Virus record (IMG/VR): IMGVR_UViG_3300030104_005963 | Source: a virus | Direction: 5' to 3' (one strand) | DNA length: 64,000 nucleotides | Shown: piece after piece, positions 20,945-31,177 of the stretch | Layout of the letters: every line of letters starts with the position of its first letter | Numbering within the stretch: the first letter of the stretch is position 1 | Position numbers and translations under genes: made by a program | The notes under the pieces: generated by a model | What the model was told of the DNA's origin: nothing | Seen by the model: only the letters and a program-made list of their open reading frames with translations | Database searches by the model: none

Positions 20945-21493
20945 ATGGCAAGTGGATTTCCAAAACAGATAGCAAACAGGAATTTTCTTGCGCCTGTTGG
21001 ATTTAAATTTACTTTGGCAAAAGAACCCAAGGTTGATTTTTTCTCAAACTCATGTAGAATACCTGAGATTAGTTTGGGAACTGCTGTTCAACCAACATAT
21101 CTAAAAGATATCGATATCCCTGGAGATAAGTTATCTTATGGTGATTTTTCATTCAAATTTCTTGTGGATGAAAATTTAGAAAATTATATGAAAATTCATA
21201 ATTGGTTAACCGGATTAGGATATCCAGAAACCACACAACAATATAAAGATTTAACTACTGACATTGATGGTATTAGAGATTCTAAAGAAGCATTTAGTGA
21301 TGGTAATCTTCATATTTTAAATAGTAACTATAGAAATATTGCTATTGTAAAATTTAGAGATTTATTTCCAGTGTATCTTACACCATTAGAGTTCACCGCA
21401 GAAGAAACTGATATAAACTACTTTACAGCAGAGGTCACTTTCAAGTATACTGTGTATAATGTAGTAGCTGCTGACGGTAGAACACCCTTATGA
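20945..21493 (+). CDS. gp3: Tail completion protein gp3
   Basis: NFLAPVGFKF, FLVDENLENY, LFPVYLTPLEF; synteny after gp23. Confidence 0.85.
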   Translation: MASGFPKQIANRNFLAPVGFKFTLAKEPKVDFFSNSCRIPEISLGTAVQPTYLKDIDIPGDKLSYGDFSFKFLVDENLENYMKIHNWLTGLGYPETTQQYKDLTTDIDGIRDSKEAFSDGNLHILNSNYRNIAIVKFRDLFPVYLTPLEFTAEETDINYFTAEVTFKYTVYNVVAADGRTPL

Positions 21494-21921
21494 ATCTTGA
21501 ACAAATACAGGAAATGTGGCAGAGAGATTCTGTCATAGATCCTGATAACTTACATGATGAATCACTAAAAGTTCCTCAACTTCATTCAAAATATTACACA
21601 ATTTACAATACAATATCTCTTCTTCGTGAAAAATCTAGGGATAGTTACAAACGTGTAAAGTTGGAAAGGTATAACTATTATACAGGCAAAGCACCTGCAG
21701 AGGTATATGTAGAAGACCCTTTCCCATATAAAGTAAGAGAAAAAGACGCAATACAAAGATATCTTGACGCTGACGATAAATTAACTACAATTGATTTAAA
21801 GATTAGGTATTATGATGTAATGCTTAAGTTCTTAGAAGAAGTAATTAAAACTATTTCGAGTAGAACATATCAAATTAAAAATGCAATCGATTGGCATAAA
21901 TTTCAGGCAGGATTCAACTAG
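21490..21921 (+). CDS. uvsY: Recombination mediator UvsY
   Basis: DSVIDPDNL...PQLHSKY...IKNAIDWHKF. Confidence 0.9.
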   Translation: MNLEQIQEMWQRDSVIDPDNLHDESLKVPQLHSKYYTIYNTISLLREKSRDSYKRVKLERYNYYTGKAPAEVYVEDPFPYKVREKDAIQRYLDADDKLTTIDLKIRYYDVMLKFLEEVIKTISSRTYQIKNAIDWHKFQAGFN

Positions 21922-21922
21922 T

Positions 21923-22156
21923 ATGGACTCATTTCCACATCCAGAAGATAATGAACAAAATGAAGATGTCTATAATCAATGGCACATTGAAGTGACAATG
22001 GGTATAGAAGAACTTAGAGCAATGTACGGAGTATTTGATTATGCTTATCAAACTTGGCCGGGTGCTCCAAGAAGACCACTCGAAGAACAAGAATATCTAA
22101 GGTATATGAAAAATAAATTATTTGCAATGATTCTTGAATATAATTTAGATAATTAA
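21923..22156 (+). CDS. Hypothetical protein
   Basis: ATG 1 nt after the uvsY stop is a better start than 21881; WPGAPRRP motif. Confidence 0.65.
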   Translation: MDSFPHPEDNEQNEDVYNQWHIEVTMGIEELRAMYGVFDYAYQTWPGAPRRPLEEQEYLRYMKNKLFAMILEYNLDN

Positions 22157-22627
22157 ATGTACTACTATTATAATAACAATGCAAAATTTTATCACACATA
22201 TGATAGTGGTAATTGGGAATATGAAGGAAATAAATTAAAAATTTTAGATTTAGAATACATAATTTATAATATGTTGTCTACAGATAGATTAGAGGTAATA
22301 AATCTCAAAGAAATTGCATGGAGACACAAACACAATTTTCCATATGGTGTTGGTAATAATTGTAAATGTTGTGGTGGAAAAGCATTTAGAGAATGTGATC
22401 CAACCATTCCCGGAATAATTGCATATAATTGTCCAAATCCATATGATAATAAATATCGAATGCTTGATGGAAGACATAGAATTATGAGACTTTTATTTGA
22501 AGGTAAAACTGAATCAAAGTTTTTTGTTTTTGATTTTAATAAAATAAAACATTTTATTCGTGATGCTAATGATTATGAAAAAAGAAAAAATAAATCAAAA
22601 AAACTTACAATCATAATAAACAAATAA
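22157..22627 (+). CDS. ParB/Srx-like domain protein (putative)
   Basis: RMLDGRHRI motif; Cys cluster CKCC; very AT-rich. Confidence 0.5.
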   Translation: MYYYYNNNAKFYHTYDSGNWEYEGNKLKILDLEYIIYNMLSTDRLEVINLKEIAWRHKHNFPYGVGNNCKCCGGKAFRECDPTIPGIIAYNCPNPYDNKYRMLDGRHRIMRLLFEGKTESKFFVFDFNKIKHFIRDANDYEKRKNKSKKLTIIINK

Positions 22628-22652
22628 ATAAGTATAGGATTAACCTATATGC

Positions 22653-24116
22653 ATGTCTCATTTGATTATTTCCAAAAAGAACGAGGTATATCTACAGGTA
22701 AAAGCAGAACCACACGTCTATTACGAGTTAGCAGATCAATTTACCTTTGATATACCGGGTGCAAAATTTATGCCACAGTATCGTAACAAATACTGGGATG
22801 GAAAAATTCGTTTATTTAATACGCAGACAGGCGAGATCTATATTGGTTTGTTAGATAAAATTATAAGTTTTTGTGAGTCTCATGAGTATAGTTATGAATT
22901 TTTAAATAATAAGTATTATGGTACACCTTTTGAAGTAAATGAGTATATTTCAAAGGAGGGTGTTAAAGACTATATGAACGCCGTAAGTAAGTATTCCCCT
23001 AGGGAGTATCAAATAGAAGGTGTTTACGACGCACTAAGACATAATAGAAGGTTGCTGATATCTCCAACTGCCTCTGGAAAGTCTTTGATGATATACTCGA
23101 TTGTGAGATATCACGTTGAACGCGGACAAAATACTCTGATAGTTGTTCCGACGACATCTTTAGTAGAACAGATGTATAAAGACTTTGCAGATTATGGTTG
23201 GGATGTAGGTTCATTTTGCCACAAAATATACGCTGGTAGAGAAAGGGAAACTGATTCCCAAGTTATCATCACTACCTGGCAGTCCATCTACAAACTTCCC
23301 CGAAAATATTTTGAACGATTTAACGTGGTTGTTGGAGATGAGGCACACCAGTTCAAAAGTAAGTCACTTATATCTATAATGACAAAACTTGCTGATGCAA
23401 AGTATCGTTACGGATTTACTGGAACTCTTGATGGAACACAAACCCATAAATGGGTTCTAGAAGGATTATTTGGACCTTCATATAAAATTATCAGAACTGA
23501 TGAATTAATGAAGAAAGGTCATGTGGCTAAACTTGATATTAATGTACTTCTACTGAAGCACCCATCACATAAATTTGAAACTTTTGAAGATGAAGTTCAA
23601 TATATTATTAATCATGAACGCAGAAATAAATTTATTAGGAATCTTGCTCTAGATCTAAAAGGTAATACACTTATTTTATTCTCAAGAGTTGAAGGTCATG
23701 GACAACCATTATATGAACTAATAAATAATAATAGTGTAGAAACTCGTCATGTATTTTTTATTCATGGTGGAGTGGCAACAGAGGATAGAGAAAAAGTAAG
23801 GGAGATTACCGAAAAAGAAAACAACGCAATTATTGTTGCTTCATACGGAACGTTCAGTACAGGAATTAACATTAAAAATCTCCACAATGTTATTTTTGCT
23901 TCTCCTTCCAAGTCTAGAATTCGGAATCTCCAATCTATTGGACGCGTGCTCAGGAAAGGAAATAATAAAACAAAGGCAACTCTCTATGATATTGCTGACG
24001 ACATTTCCTACAGATCCCGGAGAAACTACACACTTAATCATCTAATTGAAAGAATTAAAATTTATAACGAAGAAAATTTTAATTATGATATTGTAAACAT
24101 ACCACTAAAAGGATAA
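22653..24116 (+). CDS. uvsW: SF2 helicase UvsW
   Basis: SPTASGKS, GDEAH, GFTGT, LQSIGRVLR. Confidence 0.96.
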   Translation: MSHLIISKKNEVYLQVKAEPHVYYELADQFTFDIPGAKFMPQYRNKYWDGKIRLFNTQTGEIYIGLLDKIISFCESHEYSYEFLNNKYYGTPFEVNEYISKEGVKDYMNAVSKYSPREYQIEGVYDALRHNRRLLISPTASGKSLMIYSIVRYHVERGQNTLIVVPTTSLVEQMYKDFADYGWDVGSFCHKIYAGRERETDSQVIITTWQSIYKLPRKYFERFNVVVGDEAHQFKSKSLISIMTKLADAKYRYGFTGTLDGTQTHKWVLEGLFGPSYKIIRTDELMKKGHVAKLDINVLLLKHPSHKFETFEDEVQYIINHERRNKFIRNLALDLKGNTLILFSRVEGHGQPLYELINNNSVETRHVFFIHGGVATEDREKVREITEKENNAIIVASYGTFSTGINIKNLHNVIFASPSKSRIRNLQSIGRVLRKGNNKTKATLYDIADDISYRSRRNYTLNHLIERIKIYNEENFNYDIVNIPLKG

Positions 24117-24529
24117 TGGGAGAAGAATTTTACGCAATTATAAAATTAGTATCGGGTGAAGAAGTATTTTCTCTCATTATGGTTGATGATGAGGAAGAAG
24201 ATCCAATTATAATTATGCAAAATCCAATAATTATTAAAATGCTTCATTCACCTCAAGGGAGTTTTATTAAAATAAAACCTTGGATGGAACTCAGTGAAGA
24301 AGACTTCTTTATGATTCGTCTTGATAAAGTTTTGACCATGACAGAATCGACTAATGAAAAACTTATTGAGGTATATAATGATTATATTTCTGATAATAGT
24401 TCTTCAGAAATAGAAATGTCATCTGATGGTAGAGTTAAACCTGATTCTAGAATGGGATATGTATCAACAGTAGAAGATGCAAGAAAGAATTTAGAAGATA
24501 TATTTAATAAAGAAACTAAAGAAAGCTAA
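24116..24529 (+). CDS. Conserved Sm-like fold hypothetical protein
   Basis: IIKLVSGEEV...KPWM pattern; lies between uvsW and gp55. Confidence 0.7.
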   Translation: MGEEFYAIIKLVSGEEVFSLIMVDDEEEDPIIIMQNPIIIKMLHSPQGSFIKIKPWMELSEEDFFMIRLDKVLTMTESTNEKLIEVYNDYISDNSSSEIEMSSDGRVKPDSRMGYVSTVEDARKNLEDIFNKETKES

Positions 24530-24555
24530 TATGTCCCATCAAACCTAACAAAGAT

Positions 24556-24584
24556 ATTCTACTCATGGTTTGCTAGTTTGTCAA
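24556..24584 (-). promoter_or_regulatory. Antisense sigma70-type promoter
   Basis: Minus strand reads TTGACA-N17-TAGAAT. Confidence 0.6.
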
Positions 24585-24597
24585 GCTGTGCTATAAT
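24569..24597 (+). promoter_or_regulatory. Sigma70-type promoter for gp55 (extended -10)
   Basis: TGC-TATAAT at 24589-24597 with TTTGCT/TTGCTA upstream. Confidence 0.7.
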
Positions 24598-24626
24598 GTA
24601 GACACTTAGATTCATAACAAAATGCC

Positions 24627-25157
24627 ATGCCTAAAAAGAAACCGGAACATTATGTAAATAATAAAGAACTATTAGAGGCAATGGTTGTTTATCGACTTAA
24701 AGTAGAAAGATCTTATAAAAATACTTTTGGTGTAGATTTAGCAGAACAACCTAAAAAAGAAAGAGCAAGAAGATGGGAAGGTAAACCATTAATTCCAAAT
24801 TATCTTGGAGAATCTTTTTTAAAAATTGCAACTCATCTTTCATACAAACCAAACTTTGTGAACTACATGTTTAGAGAGGATATGATTTCTGATGGAATTG
24901 AAAACTGCGTTCAATACATTCATAATTTTGATCCAGATAAATCTAAAAATCCTTTTGCATATTTTACTCAAGTCATTCACTATGCATTTTTAAGAAGGAT
25001 TCAAAAAGAGAAAAAACAACTAGAAATTAAAACAAAAATTATTGAAAAGACCGGATATGATGAAGTCATGATGGTTGACGATAGCTTGCTTTCTGGTGCT
25101 AGTTCAGAGTATAATAGTATCAAAGACGCCATTCAGTACCGAAATAACAATCGATGA
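24627..25157 (+). CDS. gp55: Late-transcription sigma factor gp55
   Basis: HYVNNKELL, YMFREDMISDG, NPFAYFTQVIHYAFLRRI. Confidence 0.96.
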   Translation: MPKKKPEHYVNNKELLEAMVVYRLKVERSYKNTFGVDLAEQPKKERARRWEGKPLIPNYLGESFLKIATHLSYKPNFVNYMFREDMISDGIENCVQYIHNFDPDKSKNPFAYFTQVIHYAFLRRIQKEKKQLEIKTKIIEKTGYDEVMMVDDSLLSGASSEYNSIKDAIQYRNNNR

Positions 25158-26188
25158 AAGTTGCCATTATTACGGATACGCATTATGGGGCACGAAAGGG
25201 TTCCAAGTATTTGCATGATTATTTTGAACTATTCTATAAAAATGTATTTTTTCCTGCACTGGAGGAGCACAGAATTGATACTGTGATTCATATGGGAGAT
25301 GTTTTCGATAGTCGTAAGTCTATTGATTATCAGAGTTTTGAATGGGCAAAGAGAGTTGTATTTGAACCTCTAAAAAAATATAATGTTCATGCAATTATTG
25401 GTAATCATGACTGTTATTATAAAAATACTAATGACACAAATTCTCCTCAACTGCTACTTCAATCATATCCTAATGTTAAAACCTATCAGGAAATAACAGA
25501 AATACAGATAGGCAATTTGCAAGTATTGTTTATTCCTTGGATAAATGCAGAAAATTTTGAAAATAGTGTCAACACTATTAAACTATCAAATAGCAAGTGC
25601 GCGATGGGGCACCTTGAACTCAATGGATTTAGAGCGCATCGCGGTCACACCATGGAAGAAGGTATGGACAGCACACTATTTGAAAAGTTCGACAAGACAT
25701 TTTCGGGTCATTACCATACACGATCAGACAATGGAAAAATCTTCTACTTAGGAAATCCATATGAGATGTTCTGGAATGATGTAAATGATTCTAGAGGATT
25801 TACAATTTTTGATACAGAAACTTTAGAACATTTTCATATAAACAATCCATATCGTCTTTTTTATAATATCTATTATGAAGATACCCCACATCAAACATTT
25901 GATTTTTCGGAATATGAAAGTAAAATTGTAAAAGTTATTGTCAGGAAAAAAACCAAACCAAAACTATTTGAAAAATTTCTTGATAAACTTTATTCGGTAG
26001 GAGTTCAAGATCTCAAAATTGTAGAAAACTTTGATATCCAAGAAAGTGAAGATTTTGAAGTTACTGAAGAAGAAAGCACAATGTCTATTTTAAATAGATA
26101 TATTGATGAATCTGAATTTGAATTGGATAAAAATATAATCAAAGGTATATTTCAGAAACTATATCAGCAAGCTTGTGAAGTAGAGTAA
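25154..26188 (+). CDS. gp47: Recombination nuclease gp47 (Mre11-like)
   Basis: DTHYG, GDVFD, GNHD, GHYH phosphoesterase motifs. Confidence 0.96.
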   Translation: MKVAIITDTHYGARKGSKYLHDYFELFYKNVFFPALEEHRIDTVIHMGDVFDSRKSIDYQSFEWAKRVVFEPLKKYNVHAIIGNHDCYYKNTNDTNSPQLLLQSYPNVKTYQEITEIQIGNLQVLFIPWINAENFENSVNTIKLSNSKCAMGHLELNGFRAHRGHTMEEGMDSTLFEKFDKTFSGHYHTRSDNGKIFYLGNPYEMFWNDVNDSRGFTIFDTETLEHFHINNPYRLFYNIYYEDTPHQTFDFSEYESKIVKVIVRKKTKPKLFEKFLDKLYSVGVQDLKIVENFDIQESEDFEVTEEESTMSILNRYIDESEFELDKNIIKGIFQKLYQQACEVE

Positions 26189-26189
26189 T

Positions 26190-26456
26190 ATGTTTGTTCT
26201 TACACTTAAAAATCAAGAGGACGACGGTGCCTATGCCGTTCAGGATCGATATGGGCACAAGGTTTTATTTTTATTTGAAGAGGAAGATGATGCCGAAAGA
26301 TATGCTATGATGCTAGAGGAACAAGAAGACGAAGAAATGGCAATTGTCGAAGTTGATGATGATCTTGCTATAAAAACTTGTAAACTGCATGAATATAAGT
26401 ATGCGGTTATTACACCAAATGATATTGTGATTCCCCCAAAGTCTAAAAATGATTGA
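26190..26456 (+). CDS. Conserved acidic hypothetical protein
   Basis: 88-aa ORF between gp47 and gp46. Confidence 0.75.
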   Translation: MFVLTLKNQEDDGAYAVQDRYGHKVLFLFEEEDDAERYAMMLEEQEDEEMAIVEVDDDLAIKTCKLHEYKYAVITPNDIVIPPKSKND

Positions 26457-28158
26457 GTTTAAAAAAATTCGTTGGAAAAATTTTCTCTCTACAGGTAACC
26501 AATTTACTGAAGTTTCTTTGAGTGGTCATAATACCAATTTAGTTATTGGAACAAATGGTGCCGGAAAATCTACTCTTTTGGATGCACTGACATTTGGTCT
26601 GTTTAATAAACCTTTTCGTAAAATTAATAAACCACAACTTGCAAATACAATCAATGAAAAAGATTGTCTTGTAGAAGTTGAATTTAATGTTAATGGTAGG
26701 GAATATCTTGTTCGTAGGGGAATTAAACCCAATGTATTTGATATTGAAGTAAATGGAAATACATTACATAAAGAAGCTGATGATCGTGTCAATCAAAAAA
26801 TTCTTGAAGAAAATGTTTTAAAATTAAATTACAAATCTTTTACTCAAATTGTTATTTTGGGTAGCAGCACTTTTGTTCCTTTTATGCAATTGACTACTTC
26901 TAATCGTAGAGAAGTTATTGAAGATCTTTTAGATATTCGTATTTTTTCTGCCATGAGTAATCTTTTAAAAGATAATATGCGGGAAAGAAAAGATCAGATA
27001 AAATCATTAGACTTAAAAAAATCTAATCTCAAAGATAAGATTGATATGCAGCAGAAGTTTATTGAGGAACTTGAGAATAGAGGGAATGCAAATATTGCAT
27101 CTAACAATAATAAAATTGATATGTTAGATGCCGAGGTCGTTTCTTATATGGACGAAAACTATATAATCGAACAAAACATTCTTAAAGTTACTAAAGAACA
27201 GGAAGAAGTTATTGGTGCTGGTAATAAGTTAGTAAAATTAAATAACTTAAAAGGTAAACTATCACAAAAAGTAGGGACGATTACCAAAGAACATAAGTTC
27301 TTCACCGAGAATACGGTTTGTCCTACCTGTCAGCAGGACATTGAAGAAGAGTTTCGTGTAAATAGAATTGATGATGCTCAGAAAAAAGCAAAAGAACTCA
27401 AAAAGGGTTATGAAGAACTTGAACAGACAATCAAATCTGAACAAGAAAGAGAGCGTCAATTTAATTTACTTTCCAAGGAGATTACAAAACTAACGCATGG
27501 CATTTCTCAAAACAATACTAAGATCAGTTTTAATCAGAGACAGATCAGAGATCTTGAATCGGAAATTCAAACTATTACCGGTAACCTACAAAACAGAAAT
27601 ACTGAAAATGAGAAATTAGAAGAGTTTAGAGAAAGTCTTCAGAAAGTATTTGAAAATTTATCATCAAAAAGAGAAGAGTTAATTCATTATGATTTTGCTT
27701 ATTCTCTTTTAAAGGATGATGGTGTAAAAACAAAAATTATTAAAAAATATATTCCGTTTATTAATCAACAAATAAACAGATATCTTCAACTGATGGATTT
27801 TTACATCAACTTTAAACTTGATGGTGAATTTAATGAGACTGTAGAATCTCCCATACATGAGAAATTTTCTTATTCTTCTTTTAGTGAAGGTGAGAAGATG
27901 AGAATTGATCTTGCACTTTTGTTCACATGGAGAGAAGTTGCACGAGTTAAGAACTCTGTGAATACTAATCTTTTAATTATGGATGAAGTATTTGATTCTT
28001 CACTTGATGGATTTGGAACAGAAGAGTTTCTTAAAATTATTCGTTTTATTATTAAAGATGCAAACATATTTGTAATCTCTCACAAATCTGGATTGGAAGA
28101 TAAATTTTCTAATGTCATTAAATTTGACAAAGTAAGAGGATTTAGTAGAATGATCTAA
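26449..28158 (+). CDS. gp46: Recombination ATPase gp46 (Rad50-like)
   Basis: GTNGAGKST, CPTC zinc hook, FSEGE signature, MDEVFDSSLD. Confidence 0.97.
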   Translation: MIEFKKIRWKNFLSTGNQFTEVSLSGHNTNLVIGTNGAGKSTLLDALTFGLFNKPFRKINKPQLANTINEKDCLVEVEFNVNGREYLVRRGIKPNVFDIEVNGNTLHKEADDRVNQKILEENVLKLNYKSFTQIVILGSSTFVPFMQLTTSNRREVIEDLLDIRIFSAMSNLLKDNMRERKDQIKSLDLKKSNLKDKIDMQQKFIEELENRGNANIASNNNKIDMLDAEVVSYMDENYIIEQNILKVTKEQEEVIGAGNKLVKLNNLKGKLSQKVGTITKEHKFFTENTVCPTCQQDIEEEFRVNRIDDAQKKAKELKKGYEELEQTIKSEQERERQFNLLSKEITKLTHGISQNNTKISFNQRQIRDLESEIQTITGNLQNRNTENEKLEEFRESLQKVFENLSSKREELIHYDFAYSLLKDDGVKTKIIKKYIPFINQQINRYLQLMDFYINFKLDGEFNETVESPIHEKFSYSSFSEGEKMRIDLALLFTWREVARVKNSVNTNLLIMDEVFDSSLDGFGTEEFLKIIRFIIKDANIFVISHKSGLEDKFSNVIKFDKVRGFSRMI

Positions 28159-28181
28159 ATACCACAAGTAGTGTAATACAT

Positions 28182-28493
28182 ATGCTTTCAACACAATATC
28201 GTCTTCGTTTAGAATTCATTTGCAAATGTATTGCGAACGGAGAAGATGTAAAACTTGAAGATATGGTTTGGGCGCAGAAACTTGCCAAGGCAAATACAAC
28301 AGCAAATGAGATGTTGAAAAAGGCAAGAAGACAATCTGCTCAGGATATCCAAGAGGGTAGTATGGATGATTTTCTTAATCGGATGGGTTTAGGTGACCCC
28401 GACCCATCCAATCATAAACAGGGGTTAGATTGTGACGACATTACTGAATGGTTCCACAGAGATAAACCTAATGATTGGAGGCAACGTGACTGA
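28182..28493 (+). CDS. Conserved hypothetical protein
   Basis: 103-aa ORF MLSTQYRLRLEFICK. Confidence 0.75.
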   Translation: MLSTQYRLRLEFICKCIANGEDVKLEDMVWAQKLAKANTTANEMLKKARRQSAQDIQEGSMDDFLNRMGLGDPDPSNHKQGLDCDDITEWFHRDKPNDWRQRD

Positions 28494-28647
28494 CGAATGG
28501 AAAAAAGCAACTAACAAAGTTATTGCTCGTACCTTAACTGAAAATGTTGGATCATTATTAAATGGGGAAATACAATATTCTACATTATTTGATAATAATG
28601 GAGTAGTAAAAAAGAAAATAACAATTACATATCAGGAGGAAGGATGA
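28486..28647 (+). CDS. Small hypothetical protein
   Basis: GTG start with GGAGG SD, overlapping the previous stop. Confidence 0.6.
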   Translation: MTDEWKKATNKVIARTLTENVGSLLNGEIQYSTLFDNNGVVKKKITITYQEEG

Positions 28648-28886
28648 TGGGTCCTGTAGTCTTATATACAAACGGAAGTCAAGAGTGTGATCGTGCCAGA
28701 ACACTTTTAGAAACCCTCGAAGTACAAATACAAGAATATAAATTAGATCAACATTTTACTCAAAAATCTTTTACTTCTGAATTTGGTGACGAAGCAGAAT
28801 ATCCACAAGTTTCTATTGGGTATAAGCATATTGGTGGATTGAAGGATACGTTACATTATATGAAAGATAATGGTCTAATAAAATGA
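28644..28886 (+). CDS. Glutaredoxin-like protein with a single Cys
   Basis: LYTNGSQEC...YPQV...IGG thioredoxin-fold pattern. Confidence 0.75.
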   Translation: MMGPVVLYTNGSQECDRARTLLETLEVQIQEYKLDQHFTQKSFTSEFGDEAEYPQVSIGYKHIGGLKDTLHYMKDNGLIK

Positions 28887-29044
28887 AGACTCCAAACTGG
28901 CAGCACAATTCTGGTAAAGATAAAAAAGGTAGAGGAACTTGTAAAGGTCGTCTTCGATCTAGAAAAGAATCTCTCAGACAGTTAAAAAACCGTCACATGA
29001 CCTCTCGAAAACGGGAGGTTTTGTATTATACTAGATTCATCTGA
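28883..29044 (+). CDS. Small basic protein (absent from ORF track)
   Basis: 53-aa ORF MKTPNWQHNSGKDKKGRG...; ATGA overlap with the previous gene. Confidence 0.55.
   Translation: MKTPNWQHNSGKDKKGRGTCKGRLRSRKESLRQLKNRHMTSRKREVLYYTRFI
28975..29032 (+). promoter_or_regulatory. Palindromic box, hairpin and -10 element upstream of the peptidase gene
   Basis: GACAGTT-AAAA-AACCGTC; ACCTCTCG-AAAA-CGGGAGGT hairpin; TATACT at 29027. Confidence 0.55.
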
Positions 29045-29053
29045 AACGAACCG

Positions 29054-31147
29054 ATGGCAGTCTCTCACGAAATCAAGTCTCAACTTGCCAAACTGCTTGC
29101 TACTGAAGACTTGATGGTGGAGCACAAGAAAGTAGAGACAGCTTGCTTTAATGTCCACACACGAGTTCTGACACTTCCCATGTGGGAGAAAGCAAGTAAT
29201 GAAGTTTATGATATGCTTGTAGGTCACGAAGTTGGTCATGCTCTCTATACTCCTGATGAAAACTGGTTTAAAAATCGTAAGATTCCACCTCAGTTCGTAA
29301 ACATCGTCGAAGATGTTCGCATTGAGAAATTAATGAAACGTCGTTATGCCGGTATCAGCAAGACTTTTTATCGTGGATACAAAGAACTTTCTGAAGAAGA
29401 TTTTTTTGGTATTGAGTCTGAAGATGTTTCCAAAATGAATCTTGCAGACAGAGTAAATCTTTATTTTAAAATTGGTAGTTTTTGTGATATTTCTTTTAGG
29501 GAATATGATGAGATGCCTATTGTCCGCATGATTGATGGTTGTGAGACATTCGACGATGTTTTGCTTGCCGCAGAAGTTCTTTATAAATTTTGTAAAAAAG
29601 AACAACCAGAACAACCAGAAACAAACACCCCTCAGAATCAAAATGGTGAAGAGGGTGAAAGTGAGAATACATCTAGTGAACAATCTGAGCAGCAACCCGG
29701 TTACTCTGATCCTGAAAATCAAACAAAGGAAGGTAGTTCTGAAGAATCTGAAGTAAGTAATTCTGTTGGTAATACAGGTGGTGATGAAGAACCTGAAATT
29801 AAAACCATGGATAATCTTGAAAAATCTTTAAAAGATTTGATTGATGAGATGGGTCAAGAGACTGCATATTATGAAATTCCTAAAGTAAATGTTGAAAATA
29901 TTATTATTTCAAATAAAGAAATTCATGACAAATGTGATGAGTCATGGGCAGGTGATCCATCTGAAGATTTTGAATGGGTAGATGTAAAGTACAATGAATT
30001 CAAACGATCAACACAAAAAGAAGTCAACTACCTCGTCAAAGAGTTCGAGTGCCGTAAGTCCGCAGACTCTTATGCTCGTGCTACTACTAGTAGGACTGGA
30101 ATTCTTGATACGGGCAAACTACACACTTATCGATATAATGAAGACTTATTCAAAAAAGTATCGATAATTCCTGATGGTAAAAATCACGGACTTGTTTTTG
30201 TCTTAGATTGGTCTGGGTCTATGGCTGATGTTATGCTTGATACAGTCAAACAACTTTTTAATCTTGTTTGGTTCTGTAAAAAAACCAATATTCCTTTCGA
30301 TGTCTATGCTTTTACAAATGATTATCCAAATCAAAAATACATTGATGACCCAAAGTCATGTTCAGAATATCGTTTGGGTGTATTCTCTATAGGTAGGATG
30401 TTTTCTTTGATGAATATTCTTACTAGCAAGACAAATTCTAGAGAACTTGAAAAACAAATGAAAAATATTTTTCGTATTGTGTATAGTTTTAGAATTTATG
30501 CCACCTATCATATTCCTATTGGTATGGGTTTGTCTGGGACTCCTTTGAATGAAAGTCTTATGTGTTTGCATGAGATTTTGCCTAAGTTCAAAAAAGAAAA
30601 CAAACTTCAAAAAGTTCAGTGTGTAATTTTGACTGATGGTGAGGGAGCACCTTTAAAATGTTACAAGGAGGTTCAACGTCCTTGGGAAGAAGAACCTAGA
30701 ATTTGTGAAATGTGGCCGTCTCAAAATTCTTTTCTCCGTGATCGCAAGACAGGAAACACTTATAAACTAAGTGATACATATAACCACTACGCCAACTTTA
30801 CAACTGTTTTACTTAATAATCTTCGTCATCGATTAACTGATGTAAACTTTATTGGTATTCGTATTCTTCCTCCTAGAGAAATTGGTTCTTTTATTGCATA
30901 TTGTAAAAACTATTCTGAGAGAGATGAACTTGCTAAAATTTGGAAAAAAGAGAAATCAATTTCTTTGACTAATGTTGGTTATCACAAATACTTTGGTATT
31001 TCTGCCACGGCAATTTCCAATAATTCTGAGTTCTCTGTTAATGATTCCGCCACCAAATCTCAGATTAAAAATGCATTTGCAAAAAGTTTGAAATCCAAAA
31101 AAATGAATAAAAAAATTCTTGGTGAATTTGTAGAACTTATTGCATGA
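29054..31147 (+). CDS. Metallopeptidase-vWA protein (CobT-like partner of a MoxR ATPase)
   Basis: HEVGH zinc motif; MIDAS DWSGS; LTDGEG. Confidence 0.85.
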   Translation: MAVSHEIKSQLAKLLATEDLMVEHKKVETACFNVHTRVLTLPMWEKASNEVYDMLVGHEVGHALYTPDENWFKNRKIPPQFVNIVEDVRIEKLMKRRYAGISKTFYRGYKELSEEDFFGIESEDVSKMNLADRVNLYFKIGSFCDISFREYDEMPIVRMIDGCETFDDVLLAAEVLYKFCKKEQPEQPETNTPQNQNGEEGESENTSSEQSEQQPGYSDPENQTKEGSSEESEVSNSVGNTGGDEEPEIKTMDNLEKSLKDLIDEMGQETAYYEIPKVNVENIIISNKEIHDKCDESWAGDPSEDFEWVDVKYNEFKRSTQKEVNYLVKEFECRKSADSYARATTSRTGILDTGKLHTYRYNEDLFKKVSIIPDGKNHGLVFVLDWSGSMADVMLDTVKQLFNLVWFCKKTNIPFDVYAFTNDYPNQKYIDDPKSCSEYRLGVFSIGRMFSLMNILTSKTNSRELEKQMKNIFRIVYSFRIYATYHIPIGMGLSGTPLNESLMCLHEILPKFKKENKLQKVQCVILTDGEGAPLKCYKEVQRPWEEEPRICEMWPSQNSFLRDRKTGNTYKLSDTYNHYANFTTVLLNNLRHRLTDVNFIGIRILPPREIGSFIAYCKNYSERDELAKIWKKEKSISLTNVGYHKYFGISATAISNNSEFSVNDSATKSQIKNAFAKSLKSKKMNKKILGEFVELIA

Positions 31148-31177
31148 TAAATATTTTTATAGTCATAGGTAAAACAA

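Noticed and set aside
21908-22652. AGGATT..AC..TATG similarity flanking the uvsY-uvsW insert
   Set aside because: Low identity with gaps; not distinguishable from chance in AT-rich DNA.
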